From IMG/VR virus record IMGVR_UViG_3300046806_000356, positions 1-64,000 of that record: 64,000 nt of DNA. The stretch is one strand, 5' to 3'. The notes beneath the pieces are model-generated. The model ran no database searches. It worked only from the letters and a program-made list of their open reading frames with translations, and was not told the DNA's origin. The translations under genes were made by a program, and so were the position numbers. How positions within the stretch are numbered: position 1 is the stretch's first letter; every line of letters begins with the position of its first letter. The DNA is from a virus. Shown here piece by piece: positions 38,292 through 47,584 of this stretch.

Positions 38292-39569
38292 ATGAAGAAC
38301 GTGATTCAACTCCGTCCCCACCAGCAAGATGCCCTGGATGCCCTGCAACAACATTCTAAAGGTATCTGTGTGTTTCCTACCGGTGGTGGTAAGACCAACG
38401 TAGGTATCTTTGATGCCATCAATCAGTTTCTTTCTAAGACACCTCAGACCATTGTAATTGTTGCTCCTCGTATTCTTCTGGCAGAGCAACTCTCCAGTGA
38501 GTATCTTGAGTTTATCACGAATGCTTCTGTGATGCACGTTCATACGGGTGAGACTCATCACTATTCTTCTACCAAACCCAGTGATATTGCCTGGTTTGCC
38601 GATAATACTCCTGGTCACAAACTTATCTTTACTACCTATAATTCTCTACAGCAATTGCAACGTTCAGAGATTAAGGTAGATACGATTTACTTTGATGAGG
38701 CACATAACAGCATTCAACGTCACTTCTTTCCTGCAGTAGAGTATTTCTCACAGGAAGCAGATCGTTGCTACTTCTTTACTGCAACTCCTAAGTACAGCAA
38801 TGTAATTGGTAAGGCAGGTATGAATGACACTGAGATCTACGGTAGCATCATCTCTAAGGTTCCTGCTCCTCAATTGGTGCAGAACGGTTACATCATTCCT
38901 CCTCAAGTGATTTGCAAGCAGATGCGTCTCTCTGTCAAGGGTGAGGATATTGCTCAACGGGATTGTGAGTATCTACTCGATCTTATCCTTAATCCCAAAC
39001 AGGTTACTGTAACTGAGGGTCTGGTTGATTACTCAAACTCCATCGACAAAATCCTGATTTGTGCCAAGGCAACCAAGCACATCATTGGTCTTCTGTCTGA
39101 GACTAATTTTGCCGAACAACTGGCAGAAGAAGGTTATTCTGTGATGCACATTACTTCTAAGCACGGTGCATTTATTGACGGTGAGAAGGTCAATCGTGAG
39201 GTATTCTTCGACACTCTCAATGATTGGGGCAAGGATGCTGCCAAGAAATTTGTGGTTCTGCACCACAGCATTCTGGCAGAGGGCATCAATATTTCGGCAC
39301 TGGAGGCAGTCGTCTTTATGCGTTCTATGGACATCGTGGGCATTGGTCAGACTGTGGGTCGGACACTGCGTCTGCACCCTCAGGATGCTGCTGGAATCCG
39401 TTCTGGTGCCCTTGTGGCAGGTGATCTGCCCTCCTACACCAAATCCTATGGTCTGGTGATCTGCCCGACCTTCGACAAGGCATCTACGGGCACGGCACAG
39501 AAGGTCCAGAACGTCGTGGACATCATCTTCAACCAGGGTGAGGTGGCATTCAGCACGATTAACCGGTAG
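38292..39569 (+). CDS. Superfamily 2 DEAH helicase
   Basis: LRPHQ, PTGGGKT, DEAH, TAT, QTVGRTLR. Confidence 0.9.
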   Translation: MKNVIQLRPHQQDALDALQQHSKGICVFPTGGGKTNVGIFDAINQFLSKTPQTIVIVAPRILLAEQLSSEYLEFITNASVMHVHTGETHHYSSTKPSDIAWFADNTPGHKLIFTTYNSLQQLQRSEIKVDTIYFDEAHNSIQRHFFPAVEYFSQEADRCYFFTATPKYSNVIGKAGMNDTEIYGSIISKVPAPQLVQNGYIIPPQVICKQMRLSVKGEDIAQRDCEYLLDLILNPKQVTVTEGLVDYSNSIDKILICAKATKHIIGLLSETNFAEQLAEEGYSVMHITSKHGAFIDGEKVNREVFFDTLNDWGKDAAKKFVVLHHSILAEGINISALEAVVFMRSMDIVGIGQTVGRTLRLHPQDAAGIRSGALVAGDLPSYTKSYGLVICPTFDKASTGTAQKVQNVVDIIFNQGEVAFSTINR

Positions 39570-39602
39570 GGGGTTGACACCTTCTTTTTTTTACCCTATA
39601 AT
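39570..39602 (+). promoter_or_regulatory. Terminator hairpin with embedded sigma70 promoter
   Basis: GGGG-TTGACA-CCTTC-T8; TTGACA(39574)-17-TATAAT(39597). Confidence 0.75.
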
Positions 39603-39667
39603 AAGAGGGTTGAAAGGCAAATGCTCTTGCTGACGCACTTTCACTATTGTACATCGCATGATTCTAA

Positions 39668-40639
39668 ATGAAATTTGAAAAGATTAACGTCCCTTGTGGC
39701 GTACCCAATTTGGATTGGTTCAAGGATCTTGAACTTCCTAAGTTCCGCACTGCAAATGTGATTGGACTTGAAATCCGAGAGTGCTCCTCCATTCTTTACA
39801 CTAATGATAAGGGACAGGAAATCAACGTTGCTCGATCAACTGGAACAGACTATGTAAACCGGGAAAAGATCAAAAACAGTATTGAAGTGAATGGTATTCA
39901 GGTTGATGTTACTCCTCCTGTAATTCTTCCTGATGGAACTTCTGTTGATGGTTTTACCCGTGGTGGTGCTCTTAAAGTTCTAGAGCAAGAGAAATGGGTT
40001 TATCTTGTTGTTGATCTGAAGGATGGGTTTTCTATCGAAGATCTGAAAGATGAACTTGGATTGGGATGCAATAACCATTCTCCCTCAAAACCTGCTACTG
40101 AAGATGATTTTGAAGTTCGTCTTCGGAATTGGATTGCACGTCAAGAAGATTCCCCTACAGTTCAAGAATGTATGAATTGGTGGAACTCTATTCCCCATTC
40201 TTTCAGTCAAAAGGTAGTGGAAAATCGTTGCAACAAAGTCGTAAACAACATTATGGCTTCTTCCAGTATGGTTTCCTTCAATAAGGAAGCAGCAGAAACT
40301 CTTGCAAAGAAGATCTTGAAGCAAAAACTTCCCGAAAATGCAGCAGTAATTGCAATCAACAACGGAAACACAACCTACCATAAACGGGCATTCTTCGAAG
40401 CTCTTGAATCTGTAGCAGAAGGTAAGGTTCCTGTTCCGGTTGGATTTTTGCAGAATGTTACTGCAGAAAAGGCAGATGATGAACGTAAGAAACTCACTAA
40501 GCAGATTGCAAAATTGAACAAAATGTTCCGTGTTGCTGCTGAGAAGTATAATACGGATCCTACCTTTGAACTTCTTTCAATTGAGGGATTTGTACCACAA
40601 GCTCTTGGTATCGAAGATCCCAGTGAATTGATTCGATAG
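39668..40639 (+). CDS. Hypothetical protein, ParB/Srx-like N-terminal motif
   Basis: IKNSIEVNG...PPVI...VDGFTR resembles the ParB-like DGxxR motif. Confidence 0.5.
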   Translation: MKFEKINVPCGVPNLDWFKDLELPKFRTANVIGLEIRECSSILYTNDKGQEINVARSTGTDYVNREKIKNSIEVNGIQVDVTPPVILPDGTSVDGFTRGGALKVLEQEKWVYLVVDLKDGFSIEDLKDELGLGCNNHSPSKPATEDDFEVRLRNWIARQEDSPTVQECMNWWNSIPHSFSQKVVENRCNKVVNNIMASSSMVSFNKEAAETLAKKILKQKLPENAAVIAINNGNTTYHKRAFFEALESVAEGKVPVPVGFLQNVTAEKADDERKKLTKQIAKLNKMFRVAAEKYNTDPTFELLSIEGFVPQALGIEDPSELIR

Positions 40640-40697
40640 GGACAGATTCTAAACTGGCACAAGGAGTCCCATAAAACCCCCCCTTGTGCCCTATAAT
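40639..40697 (+). promoter_or_regulatory. Repeated ACTGGCACA/TATAAT promoter element
   Basis: GGGACAGA-N6-ACTGGCACA-30-TATAAT; hairpin GGCACAAGG/CCTTGTGCC. Confidence 0.75.
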
Positions 40698-40731
40698 TAC
40701 AATGTTCAACACTAACGGAGTTAGTTTAATT

Positions 40732-41289
40732 ATGACAATCGCAAATCTTATCGATCATCTGGAAACAGGTGTCAACTGGAATAAAATTTTTGGTGTAGTT
40801 CGTTCCACCTATGGTGATCCTGGATTCACCTCCAGAGCAGATAACTTCACAAAATCAACCACAATTGAAAAGGCTCTTGCTAAGTTTTCTGACTTAGAAC
40901 GAGTTGATCAAATTGGATATGATTTTGTATATGGTGGGTTGAAAGTAGAACTGAAGATGCGTCAGAATCTATTCTACAAACGCACACCAAATCAAACTCA
41001 GATGATTAAAATGAAGAACTTCCAAGGTAACAAGAAGACCTTGCAAGATTTTAAGAACGATCAGACATTTGATATTGCAATTGTTCTGTGTCTTACCACC
41101 TATCAATGCATTGTTATTGAAGATGATGTGGCACGTGATCGTTACTTTGCCGATGGTGACGGAGTTTTTGCCAAGTTTGATCTTGGTGATTATTACAAAT
41201 GTGACATTGGTGAAGTAACAGCAATCCTTCCCCCAACTCAACTTTCTGAGCAGATTCAGTTGGCAATCGACAATTACCTCAATTTTTAA
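40732..41289 (+). CDS. Putative PD-(D/E)XK nuclease-like protein
   Basis: E...GYDF....KVELK. Confidence 0.5.
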   Translation: MTIANLIDHLETGVNWNKIFGVVRSTYGDPGFTSRADNFTKSTTIEKALAKFSDLERVDQIGYDFVYGGLKVELKMRQNLFYKRTPNQTQMIKMKNFQGNKKTLQDFKNDQTFDIAIVLCLTTYQCIVIEDDVARDRYFADGDGVFAKFDLGDYYKCDIGEVTAILPPTQLSEQIQLAIDNYLNF

Positions 41290-41326
41290 TCTTATAATAC
41301 AATCATAACCAAAAAGGTTTCCTCCC

Positions 41327-41467
41327 ATGAAATGCAAAGTCGAACTCTACGTTGCTGGTAAAGTGTTCTATGAGCACGTTGAAGCACGTGATTACCAGGA
41401 TGCCAAACGTACTGCACTGGCACGTAATCCATCTGCAAAGGTTATTAGTGTGAATGCCGCATTCTGA
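41327..41467 (+). CDS. Small cyanophage hypothetical protein
   Basis: MKCKVELYVAGKVFYEHVEARDYQDAKRTALARNPSAKVISVNAAF*. Confidence 0.7.
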   Translation: MKCKVELYVAGKVFYEHVEARDYQDAKRTALARNPSAKVISVNAAF

Positions 41468-41709
41468 TGCATCTACCATTCATTCCTAACTACGGACTGC
41501 TGAACAATAAATCTTCTGATCCTGCCGGTTATGTGACCAAGGATGGAATGTGGGCTGCAGTCCCTTTTGGCAAGCAGTTTATGATCATTCACAACGGAGA
41601 ACAAGTTCATGTATCAGGAACTCTTGCAGTTGCCAAATCTTACATCAACAAACAACTCAAAGCATCTAAGATTAAACCTGGTACATCATCACTGGAGGAA
41701 TTCCTATAA
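41467..41709 (+). CDS. Hypothetical protein
   Basis: Coupled ORF; GYVTKDGMWAAVP. Confidence 0.65.
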   Translation: MHLPFIPNYGLLNNKSSDPAGYVTKDGMWAAVPFGKQFMIIHNGEQVHVSGTLAVAKSYINKQLKASKIKPGTSSLEEFL

Positions 41710-41742
41710 ACTTGATTAAATAGTGCAATACGAGTTTGGTAA

Positions 41743-41973
41743 ATGACTGCATATTACTTTTGGTTTGGAATCTTTATCTTCGTCTTCTACATTGTAGCAA
41801 CGGATGATAGTGTGGCATATGCTGTCACTTTAGTATCTAAGATCGTAAGATTCCAATACGAAAAACGAAAGTGGTGGTTGCTTCATAATCCCGCAAATCC
41901 GATTGTGAAATGGTTGATGTGGAGAAATGCTTTACGAATTGCAAAGGAACTTGAAAAAGAATTCAAAAAGTGA
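41743..41973 (+). CDS. Hypothetical membrane protein
   Basis: N-terminal hydrophobic segment. Confidence 0.6.
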   Translation: MTAYYFWFGIFIFVFYIVATDDSVAYAVTLVSKIVRFQYEKRKWWLLHNPANPIVKWLMWRNALRIAKELEKEFKK

Positions 41974-42005
41974 TATAATTAGTACTGTGTTTATTTGCAC
42001 ACATC

Positions 42006-42230
42006 ATGTCTAGAACTCATCGCAATATTGAATGGATGCATAGCGGAGCACTCAGATTCCCGCACACATTCAACGAAATCCGTCAGTTAGATGGAATCTT
42101 ACACGAAGAAGACTTGGAGGGTCTTCCAGTTTCTAAGGTAAATCATATGAAAGCACGAGAGCATAATTTGCCGACTGCTTGGGATGATAATGTTGTAAGT
42201 GGGTATTATCAGGAAGATTACGAAGTCTAA
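42006..42230 (+). CDS. Hypothetical protein
   Basis: MSRT.R...R.P.T.NE...LPTAWDD. Confidence 0.6.
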   Translation: MSRTHRNIEWMHSGALRFPHTFNEIRQLDGILHEEDLEGLPVSKVNHMKAREHNLPTAWDDNVVSGYYQEDYEV

Positions 42231-42232
42231 AC

Positions 42233-42289
42233 AGACACTTTAAAAATCGTCCACCGACCCTTGACTTTTCCAGTCAGGGGTCTTATAGT
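42233..42289 (+). promoter_or_regulatory. Variant palindrome/stem-loop promoter element
   Basis: AGACACT-TTAAAA-ATCGTCCAC; TTGACT-17-TATAGT inside hairpin GACCCTTGAC/GTCAGGGGTC. Confidence 0.6.
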
Positions 42290-42311
42290 ATGAAGGTAAT
42301 CAAACGAAATC

Positions 42312-42881
42312 ATGACCTACAACGCAACCGTCAAGTTTTCTTACACAAGTGATAGTCAAGAAACATCAAGCAAGTATTTTCCTGAAAGTGTGGATCGTAA
42401 AACCATCACGATTGAAGCACCAGCAGAAGACTTGAATATTCATCAGTATTATGAACTCTTCAAGAGTTTCCTTGCTGCTTCTGGATTTTGCGAGTACAGC
42501 ATTATGGATGGTGCTTGCCGTGTTGCCTTCAACGACAGCAATAGTGAAGCACAGATGAAGAAAGTTGCCGATGAGTATGATCTCTTTCTTGCAGAAGATT
42601 ATCACAAAAAACTTGTTGAGTATGATGCACAACAAGATAGAGATATTGCAGGACTGGAAGCAGAAATTAAAGAACTGAAAGAAAAACTTGCAAGGGTTCT
42701 TCCAGAGCAGTATGGAAAAATCGATTTTTCGGAACTGTATAGGTCTTGGGATAATTTAATTCCTGGATCTGATGAGGCATATAAAAAAGGTTGTAAGTGC
42801 CCTGTTCTTGATAATCAAGAAATGCCTAATGATAAAAAATGGGTGAATGGTGATTGTCCTCTTCATGGTAAGGTAAGGTGA
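42312..42881 (+). CDS. Hypothetical protein with C-terminal CxC...CPLH motif
   Basis: ORF after promoter; PGSDEA...GCKCPVLDN...CPLHG. Confidence 0.65.
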   Translation: MTYNATVKFSYTSDSQETSSKYFPESVDRKTITIEAPAEDLNIHQYYELFKSFLAASGFCEYSIMDGACRVAFNDSNSEAQMKKVADEYDLFLAEDYHKKLVEYDAQQDRDIAGLEAEIKELKEKLARVLPEQYGKIDFSELYRSWDNLIPGSDEAYKKGCKCPVLDNQEMPNDKKWVNGDCPLHGKVR

Positions 42882-43171
42882 AGTTTGAATTCAACTTTGT
42901 AAAACCTGGAGTTTTTGACCTACCAGAAACCGACTGGTGGGATTTTGACCCAAACGACCACATTGAAATTCAACCACATTGGACTATGGCACACTTGGCA
43001 GTAGAAATGGAACTGTTCCCATCAGTCGGACAAGCACGGAAGAATGGGTGGGATGGACAAATACCAAGAGGATTTACAGAGAAGAAAGCAATCGGAAAAA
43101 TGAAAAAATCTATGTTTATTCACAATCCATCTGACGAATTTATTAACAATCCTGAATGGGGTAAAGACTAA
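42878..43171 (+). CDS. Hypothetical protein, S4-like motif
   Basis: MAHLAVEMELFPSVGQARKNGW. Confidence 0.5.
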   Translation: MKFEFNFVKPGVFDLPETDWWDFDPNDHIEIQPHWTMAHLAVEMELFPSVGQARKNGWDGQIPRGFTEKKAIGKMKKSMFIHNPSDEFINNPEWGKD

Positions 43172-43362
43172 TGAAACCAAATACTTATGTAATTCTTCAA
43201 CGAGCAGTAGAAGAAGGAGCACTTCTTGGATACCGAAGGGCATTCAAGAGAGTTGAAAATCCAACAGAAGAACAAATCGTAGAAGCACTTACAGATGCAA
43301 TAATGCTGACTGTAAGTGAAGTATTTGATTTCCCCCATCAATCAGGAGATAGTTATCAATGA
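43171..43362 (+). CDS. Hypothetical protein
   Basis: Coupled ORF; AVEEGA..GYRRAFK. Confidence 0.6.
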   Translation: MKPNTYVILQRAVEEGALLGYRRAFKRVENPTEEQIVEALTDAIMLTVSEVFDFPHQSGDSYQ

Positions 43363-43667
43363 GTTTTTCCAAAACTGTTTCTGTTGTTGCAGCACTTGCA
43401 AGTATCTTTGCTGCTGGTGCTACTGGTTGGAAACTTGCGGATACCCAAAAAGAAGTTCCTTTGAGTTCATTGGACCAAAAGGTGATGGAACTGGAAAAGA
43501 AACTTGAAGGAGTAAAAGAACCTCAAGTTGCTCCTGATTCTGGGGTTCAGCAACCTATTACTCCCCCTGCTCCTGTGCTTCCACAACCTATTACTCCTGC
43601 TCCTCAAGTGGTTCAACCTCCTCTAACCCCTCCCCCTCCTGTGCCCGAACTTCCTACCCAACAATGA
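43359..43667 (+). CDS. Pro-rich protein with N-terminal signal/TM segment
   Basis: Hydrophobic N-terminus, QPITPP repeats. Confidence 0.6.
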   Translation: MSFSKTVSVVAALASIFAAGATGWKLADTQKEVPLSSLDQKVMELEKKLEGVKEPQVAPDSGVQQPITPPAPVLPQPITPAPQVVQPPLTPPPPVPELPTQQ

Positions 43668-43867
43668 TTTCACTTCTTGCTTTCACCTTTCTTCAACTTC
43701 CTTCGTATCAGTATAATATGAAACATAACACGGTTCATGTGCCTGAAAGTGTGGCACGATATTGTGCGAGTGCTGTGGGTATTCCTTATGCCTCTGACAA
43801 CTTCTCACCACAAGAATGGGAACGATTCCAGGATTGCACTTACTTACAAATGGAACAGAAGAAATGA
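43664..43867 (+). CDS. Hypothetical protein
   Basis: Coupled ORF; GIPYASDNFS. Confidence 0.55.
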   Translation: MISLLAFTFLQLPSYQYNMKHNTVHVPESVARYCASAVGIPYASDNFSPQEWERFQDCTYLQMEQKK

Positions 43868-44016
43868 CTTATGAAGTCCAAACTTATGATACCACAGACA
43901 ACACTGTGTATTATGAAACCGTAAAGAATGCTATTGATTATGAGAGTGCTCGTGATATAATTGCCGAGAAGTATCCAAATCGTAAAGTGATTGCTGTAAT
44001 TGGTAAAAACAAATGA
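43864..44016 (+). CDS. Hypothetical protein
   Basis: MTYEVQTYD...YESARD...YPNRKVI. Confidence 0.55.
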   Translation: MTYEVQTYDTTDNTVYYETVKNAIDYESARDIIAEKYPNRKVIAVIGKNK

Positions 44017-44342
44017 AAAGGCATTATGTTTATTGTTCGTATGAAGAAAATGGTAGGCAATATATTGGAAGTAGAACTTGTGATTATTTGATTGAAGAAG
44101 ATGCTGAATATTTTGGAAGTTATACTGATAAAACTTTTAATCCAACTGGAAAAGTAGTTCTTGCAACATTTCCAAATAGAAGAGAAGCAAATGCATACGA
44201 ACATTACTTGCACAAACTTTTTGAGGTAGATAAAAATCCACATTTCGCAAACAAAGTATGTTTTATTGATTTTAGTGGATATTATGCTTGTTTTTATAAT
44301 GAACATCAACTCAAATACACATTACAAAATTTGAAAAAATGA
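44013..44342 (+). CDS. GIY-YIG nuclease domain protein (short, Seg-like)
   Basis: HYVY...YIGSR...YFGS...E....LH...FAN. Confidence 0.7.
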   Translation: MKRHYVYCSYEENGRQYIGSRTCDYLIEEDAEYFGSYTDKTFNPTGKVVLATFPNRREANAYEHYLHKLFEVDKNPHFANKVCFIDFSGYYACFYNEHQLKYTLQNLKK

Positions 44343-44396
44343 CTTACGATGAACTGGCACAAGACCCCACCAAAACCCCACCAGATGCCTTATAAT
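44339..44396 (+). promoter_or_regulatory. Repeated ACTGGCACA/TATAAT promoter element
   Basis: ACTGGCACA-29-TATAAT, TGCCT before -10. Confidence 0.75.
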
Positions 44397-44421
44397 GACT
44401 TCATAACCACCTGAAACTCTG

Positions 44422-44628
44422 ATGACTGAATTTTCGCAAAAACGATTTGTTGATTTGGGGCAAACTCTTTATGTTGAATGGTTGAAAACTGTAATAAAAA
44501 TACCAGTATCTAATCTTCATAGTTTTACCGAAGAAAAACGACGGCAGATATTCAACGTAGGAGCACAGTATGCCTTTGAGGCAGCAGAAGAGTTTGCCGA
44601 AGTGTTTCGTAATCAAGATGACAATTGA
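44422..44628 (+). CDS. Hypothetical protein
   Basis: Single ORF between two promoter elements. Confidence 0.6.
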   Translation: MTEFSQKRFVDLGQTLYVEWLKTVIKIPVSNLHSFTEEKRRQIFNVGAQYAFEAAEEFAEVFRNQDDN

Positions 44629-44675
44629 CGAACTGGCACAAGGACTTCACAAAGTCCCACAGAATGCCCTATAAT
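44618..44675 (+). promoter_or_regulatory. Repeated ACTGGCACA/TATAAT promoter element
   Basis: ATGACAAT-TGACGA-ACTGGCACA-29-TATAAT; GGACTT/AAGTCC stem. Confidence 0.8.
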
Positions 44676-44703
44676 AGTCCTATACGCAATTCGCAAACAG
44701 CAA

Positions 44704-44931
44704 ATGGCACTTTCTATTGATGAACTCTTTGAGATGATTACCAAAGTGATTGCTTCTCCTCATACTGCCATCACAGAACACGACAAACGCAGAGCAATTC
44801 AGGTATTTCTTGGATTTGATGAATACCTGATGGATAATGTGCCAGAGTATTGTGATGATACATCAGAGTTATGTGAGATTGACTTTGGTTCTTATGCTGC
44901 GGGTATTCTTGATGAACTGGAAGGAAAATGA
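44704..44931 (+). CDS. Hypothetical protein
   Basis: ORF after promoter. Confidence 0.6.
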   Translation: MALSIDELFEMITKVIASPHTAITEHDKRRAIQVFLGFDEYLMDNVPEYCDDTSELCEIDFGSYAAGILDELEGK

Positions 44932-45113
44932 CTGAAACAGAAAAACTCTATAAAATCTGTATTCTTGATTTGCTTATAGCAATTGATGAGGATGTTGTGG
45001 ATTGGAGGAATTATCCTAAACTCTGGACCGCAATTCAAAAAGCAGATAATGCCCTTGATATTTGGGCAGGAATGAACCTCAAACAAATCAAACAGGAACT
45101 GGAAGGAAAATGA
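44928..45113 (+). CDS. Hypothetical protein
   Basis: ATGA-coupled. Confidence 0.55.
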   Translation: MTETEKLYKICILDLLIAIDEDVVDWRNYPKLWTAIQKADNALDIWAGMNLKQIKQELEGK

Positions 45114-45265
45114 AACAATGGTTTGAAGATGCTTGGTGGTCTTGGGAATGTTGCATTTATTCCAGATTTGTTGATTATAATGACAACATAGACCGTTGTG
45201 CCTTCTTTTGGGAAATCAACTATGGTTGGTATCAAATGTATTATAATGATGAGGAACTACAATGA
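45110..45265 (+). CDS. Trp-rich small protein
   Basis: MKQWFEDAWWSW...FFWEINYGW. Confidence 0.55.
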   Translation: MKQWFEDAWWSWECCIYSRFVDYNDNIDRCAFFWEINYGWYQMYYNDEELQ

Positions 45266-45492
45266 CTTGGAAAGAATACTGGAAAATGACCAAATGGGAA
45301 TGGTTCATTGAGGGTTTCCGCAACATTGAGTATATCATTGATTGCCGTGCTACTATGAACCATTTTGGATATGATGACTTCTGGGAATCTCTCAGTTGGG
45401 GATGGATGTGTGAATATGTCTATCCTTATGATGACCCTTACAATCCTTACATATCAGAAGAACGCAAACTACGATTGGGAAGATGGTCTTAA
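45262..45492 (+). CDS. Trp-rich small protein
   Basis: ...DFWESLSWGW. Confidence 0.6.
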   Translation: MTWKEYWKMTKWEWFIEGFRNIEYIIDCRATMNHFGYDDFWESLSWGWMCEYVYPYDDPYNPYISEERKLRLGRWS

Positions 45493-45815
45493 TAAACAAG
45501 TGGATAATCACCAACAAGTATCTCCGTTATACTCCATTCTGGTGGTGGTATCGTTTGATGTCTCACGAAGGATTCCGTTTTGATGATTACCACCTTTGGA
45601 AAGAGTTTTGGAGTTCTTTGAGTGGTGGTTGGTTGGATATGAACTACAAGTGGGAGTTTGAGAAGTTCTGGGGCAAAGGCTCTTACCCACCCAAAAGAAC
45701 CTTGATTTCTGCCGAGAATTATGATAAACTGGTGGAACAACTGAACGAACCTCCAAAACTAATTCCAGGATTGATAGAACTTATGAACCGCAAAACACCT
45801 TTTGAAAATGACTGA
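45483..45815 (+). CDS. Trp-rich protein with DUF1778-like C-terminus
   Basis: EFWSSLSGGW; ISAENYDKLVEQLNEPPKLIPGLIELM. Confidence 0.55.
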   Translation: MVLINKWIITNKYLRYTPFWWWYRLMSHEGFRFDDYHLWKEFWSSLSGGWLDMNYKWEFEKFWGKGSYPPKRTLISAENYDKLVEQLNEPPKLIPGLIELMNRKTPFEND

Positions 45816-46008
45816 ATTTAATCCACTTGAATGGCAGAAAATCTGGGAACAACTCAGTGAAGAAGGTCCTTATGGAACTGGACCTGTAAATCTGTATCAT
45901 CTCACAAGTATCTTGGAGGACTTGTATGTGGAAAATCAAGAACTCAAAAGCAGAGTAGAAACTCTGGAAAAGGATATGGAATTTAGAAAAAGATATGAAC
46001 TTTTATGA
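45808..46008 (+). CDS. Hypothetical coiled-coil protein
   Basis: Coupled ORF. Confidence 0.55.
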   Translation: MTEFNPLEWQKIWEQLSEEGPYGTGPVNLYHLTSILEDLYVENQELKSRVETLEKDMEFRKRYELL

Positions 46009-46211
46009 GCAAGAACAAAATGACTAACAAACTAAAATTCACACAAGTATCACGAGTAATCTGTCCTAAAACTGGTATTCATTACTTGGATGCTATTGAT
46101 GAGTATGGAAATCATTGGACTGCTGAAATGCGAACTGATGTAGAACAATGGATTACATATTCTCAAATGTGGCATGAAGACCCCCAACAACCAGTAAAAA
46201 TAGAAAGATGA
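46005..46211 (+). CDS. Hypothetical protein
   Basis: CPKTGIHYLDAIDEYG.HW. Confidence 0.6.
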   Translation: MSKNKMTNKLKFTQVSRVICPKTGIHYLDAIDEYGNHWTAEMRTDVEQWITYSQMWHEDPQQPVKIER

Positions 46212-46236
46212 CTGACCTTGATAACTACTTGAAAAA

Positions 46237-46491
46237 ATGAAAATCCCGAATTACGCACTTGGATTAGTCACAGGATTTTGTTTTGCTGCTCTGTATTTTA
46301 TGGTATTTGTTATCCTCAAACAACCATCTATTTCACCAGAACCACCTATTTCAACAAATGCTGAAAAGCACAGAAACCTTGAAGTGGTGGATAGTTATTC
46401 TTATGAGAATAGAACTTGTTCTGTGATTAGATACACAACTCCTTCAACTAATTGGGTATATTTCCTTGATTGTAAAGAGGTGAAGAAATGA
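46237..46491 (+). CDS. Membrane-anchored hypothetical protein
   Basis: TM segment; VVD.Y...C.VIRY...YFLDC. Confidence 0.6.
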   Translation: MKIPNYALGLVTGFCFAALYFMVFVILKQPSISPEPPISTNAEKHRNLEVVDSYSYENRTCSVIRYTTPSTNWVYFLDCKEVKK

Positions 46492-46691
46492 AAGTTTATG
46501 ATTACCGAATTGTAGAAGACCTCAATTTAAAAACTTTGAAACCTCATTTTTTTATTCAATATTATCATCTTACTGAAGAAAAATATTATATGTACTCAAA
46601 TGATACATTTCAAACACTTCAAGAAGCACAAGAAGCAATACGACTGATTAGAAAATACAACGAACCTGTGTATCATTATGTTGAGGACTGA
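46488..46691 (+). CDS. Hypothetical protein
   Basis: YRIVE...F.IQ...F.TL.EA. Confidence 0.6.
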   Translation: MKVYDYRIVEDLNLKTLKPHFFIQYYHLTEEKYYMYSNDTFQTLQEAQEAIRLIRKYNEPVYHYVED

Positions 46692-47165
46692 AAAATGATT
46701 GAAATGAGAATTGTTGAAATTGGTGATGGTTGCCGAAGGAAGACCCACGACCTTCATATGCTACGATGCAATGGGATAAATGTGTTAGGATGATGAGGGA
46801 GAAACTGGAATGACTGAAAATGTACAAAACTACTTTTCTGTTCTTATGGAGTCTTTATATGCTAGAATAAAAGGAAATGGGGAGGAAGAAGATTCATTAT
46901 TGGATTATCTAGATAAAATTTGGAATAACTTTACCCCAGAAGAAATTGAGATTATAAACAAAATTATTAAGGAATTTAAAAATGATTGAAATTAGAGTTG
47001 TTGAGGAGGTGAAAGAATGACTACTGAACGAGACCTTAAATACGAACTTTGTTATAGCAACTATATTGATATGGAGAATGGTGATGATACGGAATCAATT
47101 GACTATCGTTCATTGATACATATTCTTACAGAACTTATGAGTAGGATTGAGAAACTGGAGGCAAA

Positions 47166-47354
47166 ATGACAATCACAAAACTCCAAATAGGTTCTAAATG
47201 GAAACATAAGACTTCTAATGATGTTTATGTTGTAATGGAACAATATTCTCATAGAGTTGTTCTAAAACACGAACTTACTGGAACTATTATCAAATCAACC
47301 ATAGGGCATCTAAATCCTGATGGTTTTGCTGAATATCAAAGGATAGAAGAATAA
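47166..47354 (+). CDS. Hypothetical protein
   Basis: GS.WKHK...YVV (SH3-like). Confidence 0.5.
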   Translation: MTITKLQIGSKWKHKTSNDVYVVMEQYSHRVVLKHELTGTIIKSTIGHLNPDGFAEYQRIEE

Positions 47355-47584
47355 TGAAACTTTTTGATTATAAAACCAGAGACGACTACGGAAAAGATTT
47401 TTATTTCACATTTCTCAAAGGACAAAAATACTCACTCATTCAAGTATCATTCAGTATTTGTGAGTATCCAGGATTTCCTTATTTTCAAATCACTATGGGA
47501 ATGGGAAAGCTCTTTGGGTTCTTTACTTATGCTTGGAAATTTGGATTTGATATTGATATATTTGGTAGGACTTGGTGGTTGTGA
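47354..47584 (+). CDS. Hypothetical protein
   Basis: Coupled ORF, aromatic-rich. Confidence 0.55.
   Translation: MKLFDYKTRDDYGKDFYFTFLKGQKYSLIQVSFSICEYPGFPYFQITMGMGKLFGFFTYAWKFGFDIDIFGRTWWL

Noticed and set aside
44013-44342. Active homing endonuclease / mobile intron
   Set aside because: Only the short GIY-YIG catalytic domain is present; no DNA-binding tail or interrupted gene
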